A DNA stretch of 64,000 bases from an uncultured bacterium (GTDB lineage Bacteria > Patescibacteriota > Minisyncoccia > Phycocordibacterales > UBA6065): the NCBI GenBank assembly GCA_963841935.1, contig CAWJEP010000005.1:164003-228002 (forward strand), written 5' to 3'. A program made the position numbers and the translations under genes. The stretch's first letter is position 1. Each line of letters begins with the position of its first letter. Under the pieces are notes generated by a model, which was given only the letters and a program-made list of their open reading frames with translations, had not been told where the DNA came from and made no database searches. Below are positions 29,817 through 38,786 of the stretch, in pieces.

Positions 29817-31718
29817 TTACTTTTTTTCCTCCTTGAAGTCGGCATCTCTCACATTCCCCTCTTCCGGCGGTTTGTTCTGATTCGGCGCGGACTGCTGATT
29901 CTTCATCATCGCCTCGCCAATCTTTTGCATAGCGAGCGACAAGTCCTCGGTCGCCTTTTTGATGGCGGCGATATCCGTGCCGCCTGCCTCACCGGCAGGC
30001 AGGTCTTTTACTTTTTTGACCTCGGCGATTTTCGCTTCGACATCGGTCTTCACTTCTGCCGGAACTTTATCTGCGCCATCTCTTATCGCCTTCTCCGCCG
30101 TGTAGATAGCTTGGTCGGCAAGATTGCGAGTTTCGATTTCGTCTTTCTTGGCTTGGTCTTCGCTCGCGTGCGCTTCGGCGTCGCGTTTCATTTTCTCGAT
30201 GTCGTCTTTCGAAAGTCCCGAGCTTCCCTGGATTTTAATCGACTGCTCTTTGCCCGAAGATTTTTCTTTGGCCTTGACCGCTAGAATGCCATTTGCGTCG
30301 ATGTCAAAAGTCACTTCGACTTGAGGCATACCGCGAGGAGCCGGCGGTATGCCATCGAGGACGAACCTGCCAAGTGATTTGTTGTCTCGAGCGAGAGCTC
30401 TTTCGCCTTGAACGACGTTTATCTCAACGGACGGCTGATTGTCGGCCGCCGTGGAAAATATTTGCGAACGCGAAGCCGGAATCGTTGTGTTTTTGTCGAT
30501 GAGATGCGTCGCGACACCGCCCATCGTCTCAATGCCCAGCGTTAGCGGAATGACATCAAGAAGCAAAACGTCTTTGACGTCGCCTTTGAGAATGCCGCCC
30601 TGGATAGCCGCGCCGAGCGCCACGACTTCGTCGGGATTGACCGACTGATTGGCTTTTTTCTTGAAGTAATCCTCGACTATCTTCACCATCGCCGGCATTC
30701 TGGTCTGTCCGCCGACTAGAATGACTTCGTTGATCTCAGGAAGTTTGAAGGGAGATGCGTCCATCGCGCGTTTCGTAATCATCATCGCGCGGTCAAGGAA
30801 TTCTTGGGTAAGTTCTTCGAGTTTCGCGCGAGTGATTTTCTGGACGAGGTGAAGAGGACCGTTTACGCCGCTTGATATAAACGGAATATTGATTTCAGTT
30901 TCGATTGCCGTCGAGAGTTCGATTTTGGCTTTCTCCGCCGCGTCGTCGAGACGCTGTTTGGCGAGAACGTCTTTTCGCAAATCGACGCCGTTTTCTTTCT
31001 GAAATTGGTCCGCGAGCCAGTTGATGATTTTCTGGTCGATGTCTTTACCGCCGAGATGGGCGTCGCCGTCGGTTGATTTCACTTCGATGACATCGTCGCC
31101 GACTTCCAAGACGGAAATGTCGAATGTACCGCCGCCGAAATCGAAGACGACTATTTTTTCGTTTTTCTTTTTGTTGAATCCATAAGCGAGGGCCGCCGCC
31201 GTGGGCTCGTTTATAATGCGCATCACTTCGAGTCCGGCGATTTTTCCGGCGTCTTTGGTCGCTTGTCGCTGGCTGTCGTTGAAGTATGCGGGAACAGTGA
31301 TAACCGCTTGGGTCACCGGCTCGCCGAGGCGCGCTTCTGCGTCTTGTTTCATTTTCTGGAGAATCATCGCGGAAATTTCTTCCGGTCTTTTCCATTCGCC
31401 GTTTAGATTGACCTCAATGCCGCCGTTTGCCGCTTTGCGGCATTCGAAAGGCACCGAAGCGATGTCTTTTTGCGCCGCCGGCTCATCCCAAGAGTGGCCG
31501 ATAAATCTTTTGATTTGATAAATCGTGTTTTTGGGATTGGTCACCGACTGCCTCTTGGCCGTGACGCCGACGAGCCGTTCGCCGGTTTTCGAGACGGCGA
31601 CGATTGATGGCGTGGTGCGCATGCCTTCGCTGTTTTCGAGGATTTTCGGCTCACCACCTTCGACAACCGCTACCGCCGAGTTGGTTGTTCCTAGGTCTAT
31701 ACCGATTATTTTTGACAT
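29817..31718 (-). CDS. dnaK: Chaperone DnaK
   Basis: [36 protein letters not shown]. Confidence 0.98.
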   Translation of the reverse strand: MSKIIGIDLGTTNSAVAVVEGGEPKILENSEGMRTTPSIVAVSKTGERLVGVTAKRQSVTNPKNTIYQIKRFIGHSWDEPAAQKDIASVPFECRKAANGGIEVNLNGEWKRPEEISAMILQKMKQDAEARLGEPVTQAVITVPAYFNDSQRQATKDAGKIAGLEVMRIINEPTAAALAYGFNKKKNEKIVVFDFGGGTFDISVLEVGDDVIEVKSTDGDAHLGGKDIDQKIINWLADQFQKENGVDLRKDVLAKQRLDDAAEKAKIELSTAIETEINIPFISSGVNGPLHLVQKITRAKLEELTQEFLDRAMMITKRAMDASPFKLPEINEVILVGGQTRMPAMVKIVEDYFKKKANQSVNPDEVVALGAAIQGGILKGDVKDVLLLDVIPLTLGIETMGGVATHLIDKNTTIPASRSQIFSTAADNQPSVEINVVQGERALARDNKSLGRFVLDGIPPAPRGMPQVEVTFDIDANGILAVKAKEKSSGKEQSIKIQGSSGLSKDDIEKMKRDAEAHASEDQAKKDEIETRNLADQAIYTAEKAIRDGADKVPAEVKTDVEAKIAEVKKVKDLPAGEAGGTDIAAIKKATEDLSLAMQKIGEAMMKNQQSAPNQNKPPEEGNVRDADFKEEKK

Positions 31719-31770
31719 AAGTTTTTTAAGTTAGAGATTAATGAACGCAAGAAAAACCGCGCCGGAAGCA

Positions 31771-31841
31771 CAGGATGTGCGATATTTTTGAGCGCGTAAG
31801 TCTTAGCGAAGCGCACAAGCGAAAAAATATCGCACATCCTG
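31771..31841. repeat. Conserved-loop hairpin element, copy 3 (upstream of dnaK)
   Basis: Perfect 19-bp arms 31771-31789 and 31823-31841; core GAGCGCGTAAGTCTTAGCGAAGCGCACAAGCGA matches copy 1 at 31 of 33 positions. Confidence 0.9.
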
Positions 31842-31855
31842 CGTGAGGCGCTAGA

Positions 31856-32143
31856 TTAGAAATTAGGTGCTCGTGTGGGTTGGCTTATGACGAATGAAAA
31901 ATCGGAGACGATATTTTTCGATGATTCAAAATAAGGACTCTTTATAGAAACGACAAAAGCGTTTTTCGCCTTGGCTTTCGGCAAAGCGATGGTTTCGGCA
32001 CGGTCCATATATCTGAAATCAACGAGGCGAACGGAATATCCCTCTATTCCCTCGACAACGGCAAAAAACGCGAGGACTTCTCGGCCGTTAAAAGTGCCTT
32101 TCTTGGCTATGATTTGGGAGTTTTGGACGAGGGACTTTGACAT
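31856..32143 (-). CDS. Hypothetical protein between grpE and dnaK
   Basis: 95-aa ORF in operon orientation; TGaTATAAT lies 6 nt before the ATG. Confidence 0.65.
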   Translation of the reverse strand: MSKSLVQNSQIIAKKGTFNGREVLAFFAVVEGIEGYSVRLVDFRYMDRAETIALPKAKAKNAFVVSIKSPYFESSKNIVSDFSFVISQPTRAPNF

Positions 32144-32162
32144 GCGTTTATTATATCACTTC

Positions 32163-32741
32163 CTACGATTTTGTATATTCCCCGACGACGACTTTGGCCG
32201 GACGGAGAAGTTTCGTCCCGAGCATATAACCTTTCTCCACCACGGCTACGACTTTGTGATTGTCGGATTCCTTTTCCACCGGTTCGTGTTTCGTCGCTTC
32301 GTGCTCTTTGGCGTCAAACATTTTTCCGAGCGGATTGATTTCTTTCAAACCATTTGCCGTGAGCGTGTCTTTGAGTTTGTTGTAAATGAATTCCACTCCG
32401 ACGCGCCAATTTTTGTCTATTTTCTCCCAAGCTTCCCTGTTAGCGAAAGCCATTTCAAACGCCTGAAGCGTCGGTAAAAGTTCTTCGATTAATCCTTCGT
32501 TCGCGAGGGATATGGAGTCACGGAGCATTTCTTGATTGCGCTTGTTTGCGTTTACGAAATCCGCTTTGGCCCTCTGCCAGCCGTCTAGATACTCCTGTTT
32601 TTCGGCGACAGCTTTCTTCAATTTCTCCCGCAATTTTTTTATCATTTCCTGCGCGTTTTCTTCCGCCACGACAGAATCGTCGAGTGTGTCATCGACTTCT
32701 ATAGAAACATCTTCTGCTTTTTTCTCTTCGTCTTTTTTCAT
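32163..32741 (-). CDS. grpE: Nucleotide exchange factor GrpE
   Basis: QRAKADFVN, FDAKEHEA, KGY...LRPAKVVV. Confidence 0.94.
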   Translation of the reverse strand: MKKDEEKKAEDVSIEVDDTLDDSVVAEENAQEMIKKLREKLKKAVAEKQEYLDGWQRAKADFVNANKRNQEMLRDSISLANEGLIEELLPTLQAFEMAFANREAWEKIDKNWRVGVEFIYNKLKDTLTANGLKEINPLGKMFDAKEHEATKHEPVEKESDNHKVVAVVEKGYMLGTKLLRPAKVVVGEYTKS

Positions 32742-32751
32742 GTTTTTAAAT

Positions 32752-32781
32752 ATTAACACAAGAGCACCTTTCGGTGCTCTT
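32752..32781 (-). terminator. Probable terminator after rpsI
   Basis: AAGAGCACC-GAAA-GGTGCTCTT on the minus strand with an imperfect U-tract. Confidence 0.65.
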
Positions 32782-32786
32782 TGTTT

Positions 32787-33194
32787 CTAGCGTTTAGACC
32801 ATTGAGGCGCTTTCCTTGCCTTCTTCAAACCGAACTTGCGGCGTTCTTTGGCGCGCTGGTCGCGAGTGAGGAATCCGAGCTTCTTCAATTTCTTTCGCAT
32901 TTCTTTGTCGTATTCGAGAAGGGCGCGAGCAATGCCATGACGCAGAGCTTCGGCTTGGCCGTTTATGCCGCCGCCGTTTAGCTTGCCGGAGACGGAAAAC
33001 TTCTGGTCGATTTTTGATTTTACGAAAGCGTCTTCGGCAATCGCTTGGAGCATTTTGGTCGGAAAATATCCGGCGAGGTCCTTGCCGTTAAGCGTAAATG
33101 TAGTTTTGGTCGCCGGCGTGAGGCGCACGCGAGCCACGGCCGTCTTTCTTCGTCCCACCGCTTCGAAATATTTGTGTTTGGTTTCGGTTGTCAT
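32787..33194 (-). CDS. rpsI: 30S ribosomal protein S9
   Basis: GRRKTAVARV and ARKAPQWSKR. Confidence 0.97.
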   Translation of the reverse strand: MTTETKHKYFEAVGRRKTAVARVRLTPATKTTFTLNGKDLAGYFPTKMLQAIAEDAFVKSKIDQKFSVSGKLNGGGINGQAEALRHGIARALLEYDKEMRKKLKKLGFLTRDQRAKERRKFGLKKARKAPQWSKR

Positions 33195-33198
33195 AAAT

Positions 33199-33552
33199 TT
33201 ATTCTTTTACGGTCAGATTTTTCATTATTCTCGGTGTAAGTTTGTTTTTCGGCAGCATTCCTTTGACCGCCATTCTGAAAATCTCGCTCACGCCTTTCTT
33301 CGAGATGATTTTCGCCATCGTCGGCTTTTTCAAGCCGCCAGGATATCCCGAATAGCGAGCGTATGTCTTTTCCAATTTTTTCTTTTCAGAAATGTCGGCT
33401 TTGGAAACGTTTGTGATAACGACCGAAACATCGGCGACCTTGTTTGCCGCGTAGCTTGCCGACTGCTTGCCCATCAAAATCTTTGCCGCTTCGCTCGCGA
33501 CACGTCCGATTCTCTTGCCTTCCGCGTTTATGGTGTGTGATTTCTTTTCCAT
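33199..33552 (-). CDS. rplM: 50S ribosomal protein L13 (short)
   Basis: GRVAS...LMGK, SGYPGGLK, AVKGMLPKN. Confidence 0.93.
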   Translation of the reverse strand: MEKKSHTINAEGKRIGRVASEAAKILMGKQSASYAANKVADVSVVITNVSKADISEKKKLEKTYARYSGYPGGLKKPTMAKIISKKGVSEIFRMAVKGMLPKNKLTPRIMKNLTVKE

Positions 33553-33553
33553 T

Positions 33554-33904
33554 TTATTTTACGAATGAAATTTGAGCCATCTTGGCGCCGTCTTTCTTGC
33601 GAATCGGCAATTTGATGATTCTCGTGTAACCGCCGGCGCGTTTCATGGTCGGCGCTATAGTGTCGACAAGTTTCTTCGCGGCTTTCGGGTCTCCTATGCG
33701 CGCGACGAGTATGCGGCGGTCGGCGACGGTCGCGCTTTTCGCTCGCGTCACGAGCTTTTCCACGACCGGTCTAAGGGATTTGGCCTTGGCTTCCGTGGTG
33801 GTGATGGCTTCGTGAATGATGAGCGAGCGCACCAAAGACTTCAAAAGAGCGCGGCGCGGGCCCGCTTCCCTTCCGAATTTTCTGTTTTTGTCGTGTTTAC
33901 GCAT
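33554..33904 (-). CDS. rplQ: 50S ribosomal protein L17
   Basis: ITTTEAKAK and GGYTRIIK. Confidence 0.95.
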   Translation of the reverse strand: MRKHDKNRKFGREAGPRRALLKSLVRSLIIHEAITTTEAKAKSLRPVVEKLVTRAKSATVADRRILVARIGDPKAAKKLVDTIAPTMKRAGGYTRIIKLPIRKKDGAKMAQISFVK

Positions 33905-33910
33905 TGGAAA

Positions 33911-34864
33911 TTATTTAAGGGTCATACCGAATTCGCCGAGAACTTTTTTGATTTCCTGAATGGCTTTCGGTCCGAGTCCCTCGATATTTTCGAGGTCGTC
34001 TTCCTTCTTTCGGACGAGTCCTCCGACCGTGCGAATGTTGGCGTTTGTTAGCGCCGTCGTCGTGCGAGTCGAGAGACCGAGAGTTTCGATGCGGGTCTTG
34101 AGGAATTCCGTGTCGAGCTCTTTTTTCTCTTTCGGCTCGGCCTTTTCCTCTTTGACCGCGATGATTTCCTCTTCTTTGAAGCCGACAATGGCTTTGAGCT
34201 GGTGAATCATGGTCTCGATTGACTTGCTCAAAGCGTCGTGCGGACTCATGGTGCCGTCGGTCTCGACGGTGATGCGCAAGCGGTTGAAATCCGTGCGATC
34301 GCCGACGCGCATATTCTCCACCTCGTAATTTACTCTTTTTATCGGGGCGAAGACGGCGTCGAGTGCGATAGCGCCGATGTCGGCGCGGTCTTTTTGGTAA
34401 ACGTCTTTCGAAACGAATCCCGTGCCGCGCTCGACTTTGATTTCAATGTCGAGAGAAGTGGCTTTGTCGGTAATGCTCGCTATGTGCTGACCAAGGTTTA
34501 CTATTTCCACCTGACCCGGAGCTTCAATGTCTTTAGCCGTGATATCTTTGACGCCTTTGGCCTTGATGACGAGAGTTTGCGGCTCTTCAGTGAGCATTTT
34601 CACGCGGACTTTTTTCAAATTGAGAATGATGGCGATGACGTCTTCTTTGACTCCCGGGATGGTCGAGAATTCGTGGGAAACGCCGGCGATTTTTACCTGC
34701 GTTATGGCCGCGCCGGTCAAGGACGATAGAATGATGCGGCGCAAGGAATTGCCGAGCGTGTGGCCGTAGCCCGGATAAAGGCCGTCGATTTCATAAACTC
34801 CAAGCGCGCCTTCTTCGCGGACGATTTTCGGCTTTGAAGGAAGTGTGATGTTGTTTTCGCTCAT
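33911..34864 (-). CDS. rpoA: RNA polymerase alpha subunit
   Basis: GYGHTLGNSLRRIILSS, HEFSTIPGVKED, alpha-CTD. Confidence 0.97.
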   Translation of the reverse strand: MSENNITLPSKPKIVREEGALGVYEIDGLYPGYGHTLGNSLRRIILSSLTGAAITQVKIAGVSHEFSTIPGVKEDVIAIILNLKKVRVKMLTEEPQTLVIKAKGVKDITAKDIEAPGQVEIVNLGQHIASITDKATSLDIEIKVERGTGFVSKDVYQKDRADIGAIALDAVFAPIKRVNYEVENMRVGDRTDFNRLRITVETDGTMSPHDALSKSIETMIHQLKAIVGFKEEEIIAVKEEKAEPKEKKELDTEFLKTRIETLGLSTRTTTALTNANIRTVGGLVRKKEDDLENIEGLGPKAIQEIKKVLGEFGMTLK

Positions 34865-34891
34865 ATATTTATTTAAATAAAGTATTAAAAA

Positions 34892-35494
34892 TTAACGGCT
34901 ATAAAACTCCAATACGGCTTTGATGTCGAAATGATTGTCTCTCGGCTCGTATTTTGGCGCTCCCATGACCTTCGCGTCCTTTTTCTCCACGTCGTAAGAA
35001 AGCCACGAAGGCACTTTCACCTCTTTCATCTTTTCGGCAAGCGTGGCGAACAGGGGCTTGCCCGCGCTTCCCGGTCGAATGGAAATGATTTCTCCGACGG
35101 CAACGGAATAGGACGGTATGGTAACGCGCCGCGCGCCCACCTTTATGTGACCGTGAGAGACCATCTGGCGCGCGGCGCTTCGGGTCGGCGCGAAGCCGAG
35201 ACGGTAAACGACATTGTCGAGGCGATACTCGAGTTTCTGAAAAAGAAGCTCGATGGAGTTGACGCCTTTTTTGGCCACGGATTCGCGGACATATTTGGAG
35301 AACTGGCGCTCGTTTAATCCGTAAGTAAAACGGGCCTTCTGTTTCTCGAGCATCTGAAGTCCGAAGTCGGACTTCGGACGCCACGCGCCTTTGTCTTTTC
35401 TCTCTTGGCGCAAAGTATATTTGGCCGTTTGAGTTTTCTCAAAAAGCGGAGCGCCGAGGCGGCGAGCGACTTTATACTTGGATTTAATAATCAT
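34892..35494 (-). CDS. rpsD: 30S ribosomal protein S4
   Basis: EKQK, RLDNVVYRLG, ARQMVSHGH, EFYSR. Confidence 0.96.
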   Translation of the reverse strand: MIIKSKYKVARRLGAPLFEKTQTAKYTLRQERKDKGAWRPKSDFGLQMLEKQKARFTYGLNERQFSKYVRESVAKKGVNSIELLFQKLEYRLDNVVYRLGFAPTRSAARQMVSHGHIKVGARRVTIPSYSVAVGEIISIRPGSAGKPLFATLAEKMKEVKVPSWLSYDVEKKDAKVMGAPKYEPRDNHFDIKAVLEFYSR

Positions 35495-35517
35495 AATAAT
35501 TTAAAAAATATTGAAAT

Positions 35518-35949
35518 TTATACTCTGCGGGCTCTCGGCGGGCGCGGACCGTTGTGCGGAACCGGCGTCTCGTCCTTGATGGACGAGAGACCGAAACCTT
35601 TGGCGATAAAAGCGCGAACGGCCGATTCGCGGCCGCTACCAACGCCTTTGACAATGACGGAAACTTCTTTGACGCCGAGGGCTTTGGCTTTTTCCGCGAC
35701 GGTCTCGCCGACTTTGGCGGCCGCGAACGGCGTGCCTTTCTTGGCGCCTGCAAATCCTAGAGCGCCGGAGGAAGAAGAAACCAAAGCGTTGCCGAGGGTG
35801 TCGGTCAAAAGCACGACGGTGTTGTTGAAAGTCGAGCGGACATGAAGCACGCCCGTATCGACTTTCTTTTTTGAAACTTTCGAAGCCGCCGCCTTCGGCG
35901 CGCCCTCTGTTTTCTCTCCTTCCGTTTTAACTATTCGTTTCTTACCCAT
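35518..35949 (-). CDS. rpsK: 30S ribosomal protein S11
   Basis: STFNNT, TPFAA, PHNGPRP. Confidence 0.97.
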   Translation of the reverse strand: MGKKRIVKTEGEKTEGAPKAAASKVSKKKVDTGVLHVRSTFNNTVVLLTDTLGNALVSSSSGALGFAGAKKGTPFAAAKVGETVAEKAKALGVKEVSVIVKGVGSGRESAVRAFIAKGFGLSSIKDETPVPHNGPRPPRARRV

Positions 35950-35972
35950 TGTGATTGCTGTATTAAGGAAGA

Positions 35973-36353
35973 TTATTTTTTATCCGCTATCTTTCGTCCC
36001 GTGCCCATGGTCTTTCTCGTATTGCCCCTTCGGGTTCTCGAGTTGGTCTTGGTGCGCTGACCTCGAGACGGAAGACCTTTTTGGTGGCGAGTGCCGCGAT
36101 AGCTTTTTATGTCCTTGAGACGCTTGATGTTCCCCGCCACTTCACGTTTGAGATCGCCTTCGACTTTGACCGACTCGACGATTTTCCTGATGGCGTTCTC
36201 CTGTTCCGGAGTAATTTCTTTGGCTTTGACGCCGTAACCGACTTTGGCCTGGTCTAGAATCGATTGCGCCCGCGAGCGGCCGATTCCGTACAAAGCGGTG
36301 AGAGCGATTTCAATTCTTTTGTTGTCGGCAAGGGTTATACCCAAAATACGCAT
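35973..36353 (-). CDS. rpsM: 30S ribosomal protein S13
   Basis: ALYGIG, YRGTRH, RGQRTKTNSRT. Confidence 0.97.
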   Translation of the reverse strand: MRILGITLADNKRIEIALTALYGIGRSRAQSILDQAKVGYGVKAKEITPEQENAIRKIVESVKVEGDLKREVAGNIKRLKDIKSYRGTRHQKGLPSRGQRTKTNSRTRRGNTRKTMGTGRKIADKK

Positions 36354-36441
36354 TGTATAAAAAATAAGACGCGTAAAAACACACTTCGTGTGTTTCGCGC
36401 GCAGAAAATTACCTTAACATAACGCCGAAAAACGCGCAACT

Positions 36442-36558
36442 TTAGCCCTGCCTCTGCTTGTGGCGCGGATTGCCCTTGCAAATAACATAGACATAGCCGC
36501 CGCGGCGGACGATTTGGCATTTAGCGCATTTCTTTTTCACTGAAGATTTGACTTTCAT
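36442..36558 (-). CDS. rpmJ: 50S ribosomal protein L36
   Basis: [14 protein letters not shown]...C...HKQRQG. Confidence 0.95.
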   Translation of the reverse strand: MKVKSSVKKKCAKCQIVRRGGYVYVICKGNPRHKQRQG

Positions 36559-36568
36559 GTTTTTTATT

Positions 36569-36784
36569 TTACATTCTTTGGACAATTCGTCCTTTACCGC
36601 CGTATTCGTCGAGTTCGACCTTGACTTTATCCCCCACAAGCACTCTAACGCGGTTTAGTCTCATTCTACCCGCGAGGTAGGCCATGATTTCCGTGCTGTC
36701 TTCGAGCGTCACCCGAAAAAGCGTGTTAGGCAGTGCTTCCGTCACCACTCCCGATACTTGGGTCTTGGCTTTCTTTTCGATCAT
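36569..36784 (-). CDS. infA: Translation initiation factor IF-1
   Basis: [18 protein letters not shown]...GRI. Confidence 0.95.
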   Translation of the reverse strand: MIEKKAKTQVSGVVTEALPNTLFRVTLEDSTEIMAYLAGRMRLNRVRVLVGDKVKVELDEYGGKGRIVQRM

Positions 36785-36824
36785 TGTGTGGAAGAGTGCA
36801 TACTAATCAAATAAATGAATGATG

Positions 36825-38132
36825 TCAATCGGCGCTTGAAGTCGCAATGTTAATTTCGGAAGCGTCGTTTGGAAAACTTCCAAGCCAGAACGGAAAAAAA
36901 GAAACGCTGGCACGACTTACGTGCGGATAGCCTTGAAGTATGGTGGTAAAATCGCTTTTTGGTTTGCCGGCGAGCTGCGCAGCGAAAGTCTCCGCGTCAA
37001 CCGTCCAGACGAATTTCGCCGTGCCGGATAAATTGAACGACATCGAAGATGTCGTTGCCGTCGGCACGGCGTTTGTCGAGAAAATCAGGTTGCCGAGATT
37101 GCTAATGGTTATCGGCTCGCCGGCATATCCTTTCACGACGTCACTGGCCAAAGCCAAACTCAAATCGCCGGCGCTCAAAGCAAAACCGGTGAGCTCGGCC
37201 TGCTCGTTTATCGTCACTTTGTTGCCGTTCGAATCGATGGTATCCGGAAGAGACGTGAAGTCCACGCGGTAAGCGTTTGGATACAAAACATATCCGCTCG
37301 GCACGGATGTTGAAGCGGCCGCGGTTATCTCCGATTGCAGATTTGAACGAACAACAGCTTCTGCGGAACTCCTGTCCGCGCCGTCAATCACTGGCTCGGT
37401 ACCGGAAAATCCTCCGGTCATCTGCGTTTTCGAACGAGCGAATATGCCGTCGTACTCCGGCTCGCCGGCAAAGCCCGGAATATTGAAATCGGAAAGGTCG
37501 ATGTTGTATTTGTTTCCAACTTGGTCGGCGGTGACCGTCACAGTGACGCTTCCGGGCGTCGTCACTCCTCCTTTTGTCGTCTTGCCGGGAACGGAAATTG
37601 ACGAAGCGATGCGGTAAATAAGTCCGCCGGAAGTTTCAAAGCGCGTGTTGGCAAGGAGTTTCTGCGGAGTCGTGGAATAATCGTTGAAAACAATGATGGT
37701 ACCGGTGGCTTTCGTCTCTACGTCTTTCGTGGTGGTGGCGGAAAGAGTTATGGAACCAGTTTTCGTAATGGATATTACCGAGTCGGTAATGCCATTCGTG
37801 GTCGAAGCCAAGGAAATGTTACGAGTCGTGAATGAGCCATCTACCGGAGCGCTTTCACTTCCCAAAGTTACCGAAACCGTGGCGTGAGCGAAAGCGTCGG
37901 CGGCAAAATAAAGAGCGACAAGAACAACTACGACGCCGCCGATGATGAAATATTTTTTGGACTTATTGCCTCCGCCGTGGCGGTGTTTAATTTCCTCTCT
38001 AATATTTTCCGCGGCATTGTCATCTTTATGAATATGGATCTCGCGAGCGCGTTCGCGGCTATGAGGAATGGGAATATCTCTAATACTTTTTCTCGCGGAA
38101 GGAATTATGTCTTGGATTATGCGTCGTTGCAT
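36825..38132 (-). CDS. Membrane-anchored extracellular protein, baseplate J-like
   Basis: IQDI N-terminus, single TM, KATGTIIVFN, TRF, VTADQVG..YNI and GGFSG motifs. Confidence 0.65.
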   Translation of the reverse strand: MQRRIIQDIIPSARKSIRDIPIPHSRERAREIHIHKDDNAAENIREEIKHRHGGGNKSKKYFIIGGVVVVLVALYFAADAFAHATVSVTLGSESAPVDGSFTTRNISLASTTNGITDSVISITKTGSITLSATTTKDVETKATGTIIVFNDYSTTPQKLLANTRFETSGGLIYRIASSISVPGKTTKGGVTTPGSVTVTVTADQVGNKYNIDLSDFNIPGFAGEPEYDGIFARSKTQMTGGFSGTEPVIDGADRSSAEAVVRSNLQSEITAAASTSVPSGYVLYPNAYRVDFTSLPDTIDSNGNKVTINEQAELTGFALSAGDLSLALASDVVKGYAGEPITISNLGNLIFSTNAVPTATTSSMSFNLSGTAKFVWTVDAETFAAQLAGKPKSDFTTILQGYPHVSRASVSFFPFWLGSFPNDASEINIATSSAD

Positions 38133-38150
38133 GCGCTTAATTATACACTA

Positions 38151-38777
38151 TTATTTCGTCAATAAATCTTTCCCGACACGCGCGGCGAGGATGAGAAAAG
38201 CTGGGTCGGCGGAAATGGAATTGCTCGTGGAAACTTTGGAACCAAGGAGTTTTTTCGTCACGTCCTTTCCGGAAAGACGTTCGTCGACGGTTTCGGAAAC
38301 AACACGGTCAAACGACAAGATTTTGTGTTTATGGTGGAGTGACGACACTATATCATGTATTTCTCTCGGCAAAGCGACGGCGTCTTCTATTATGACAAAT
38401 GCTCCTTTCGGAACGCCGAAGTCTGAAGAAAGTTTTGATAGAAATTTTTCCGCGGTGAGATTTTTCGGCTTGGATTCTATCCAAGGCGATGAAAAAGAAA
38501 AATAAACGTTTTTGTTCGAATATGAGTCGAAAAAATCGTGGCGAAGTATCCGGCGGCGAATATGTTCGTCGAGACGATAAAGGGTTTCGCGCATAGCGCT
38601 TATCATCCGCCGTGCGCTTTGCTCGATTGCGCCATTTGGAAAAAAATATTCCCGACAGACATAAACGATGTGAGGCATGCCGCCTTTTGCCGACAAGAGA
38701 ACGGCGGCTCCGACCGAGTCGGCGCAAATATCGTAGACGACGGAAACTTCCCCGTTTTTGCGAGAAGCGGAAAACAT
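38151..38777 (-). CDS. Hypothetical protein with an actin/FtsA-like N-terminal motif
   Basis: VVYDICADSVGAA resembles a DIGS phosphate-1 motif; also contains SSPW. Confidence 0.45.
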   Translation of the reverse strand: MFSASRKNGEVSVVYDICADSVGAAVLLSAKGGMPHIVYVCREYFFPNGAIEQSARRMISAMRETLYRLDEHIRRRILRHDFFDSYSNKNVYFSFSSPWIESKPKNLTAEKFLSKLSSDFGVPKGAFVIIEDAVALPREIHDIVSSLHHKHKILSFDRVVSETVDERLSGKDVTKKLLGSKVSTSNSISADPAFLILAARVGKDLLTK

Positions 38778-38786
38778 ATGTCTATA

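Noticed and set aside
36825-38132. Prophage or contractile injection system suggested by the baseplate J-like gene
   Set aside because: The protein is membrane-anchored, sits among housekeeping genes and has no other phage structural genes beside it.
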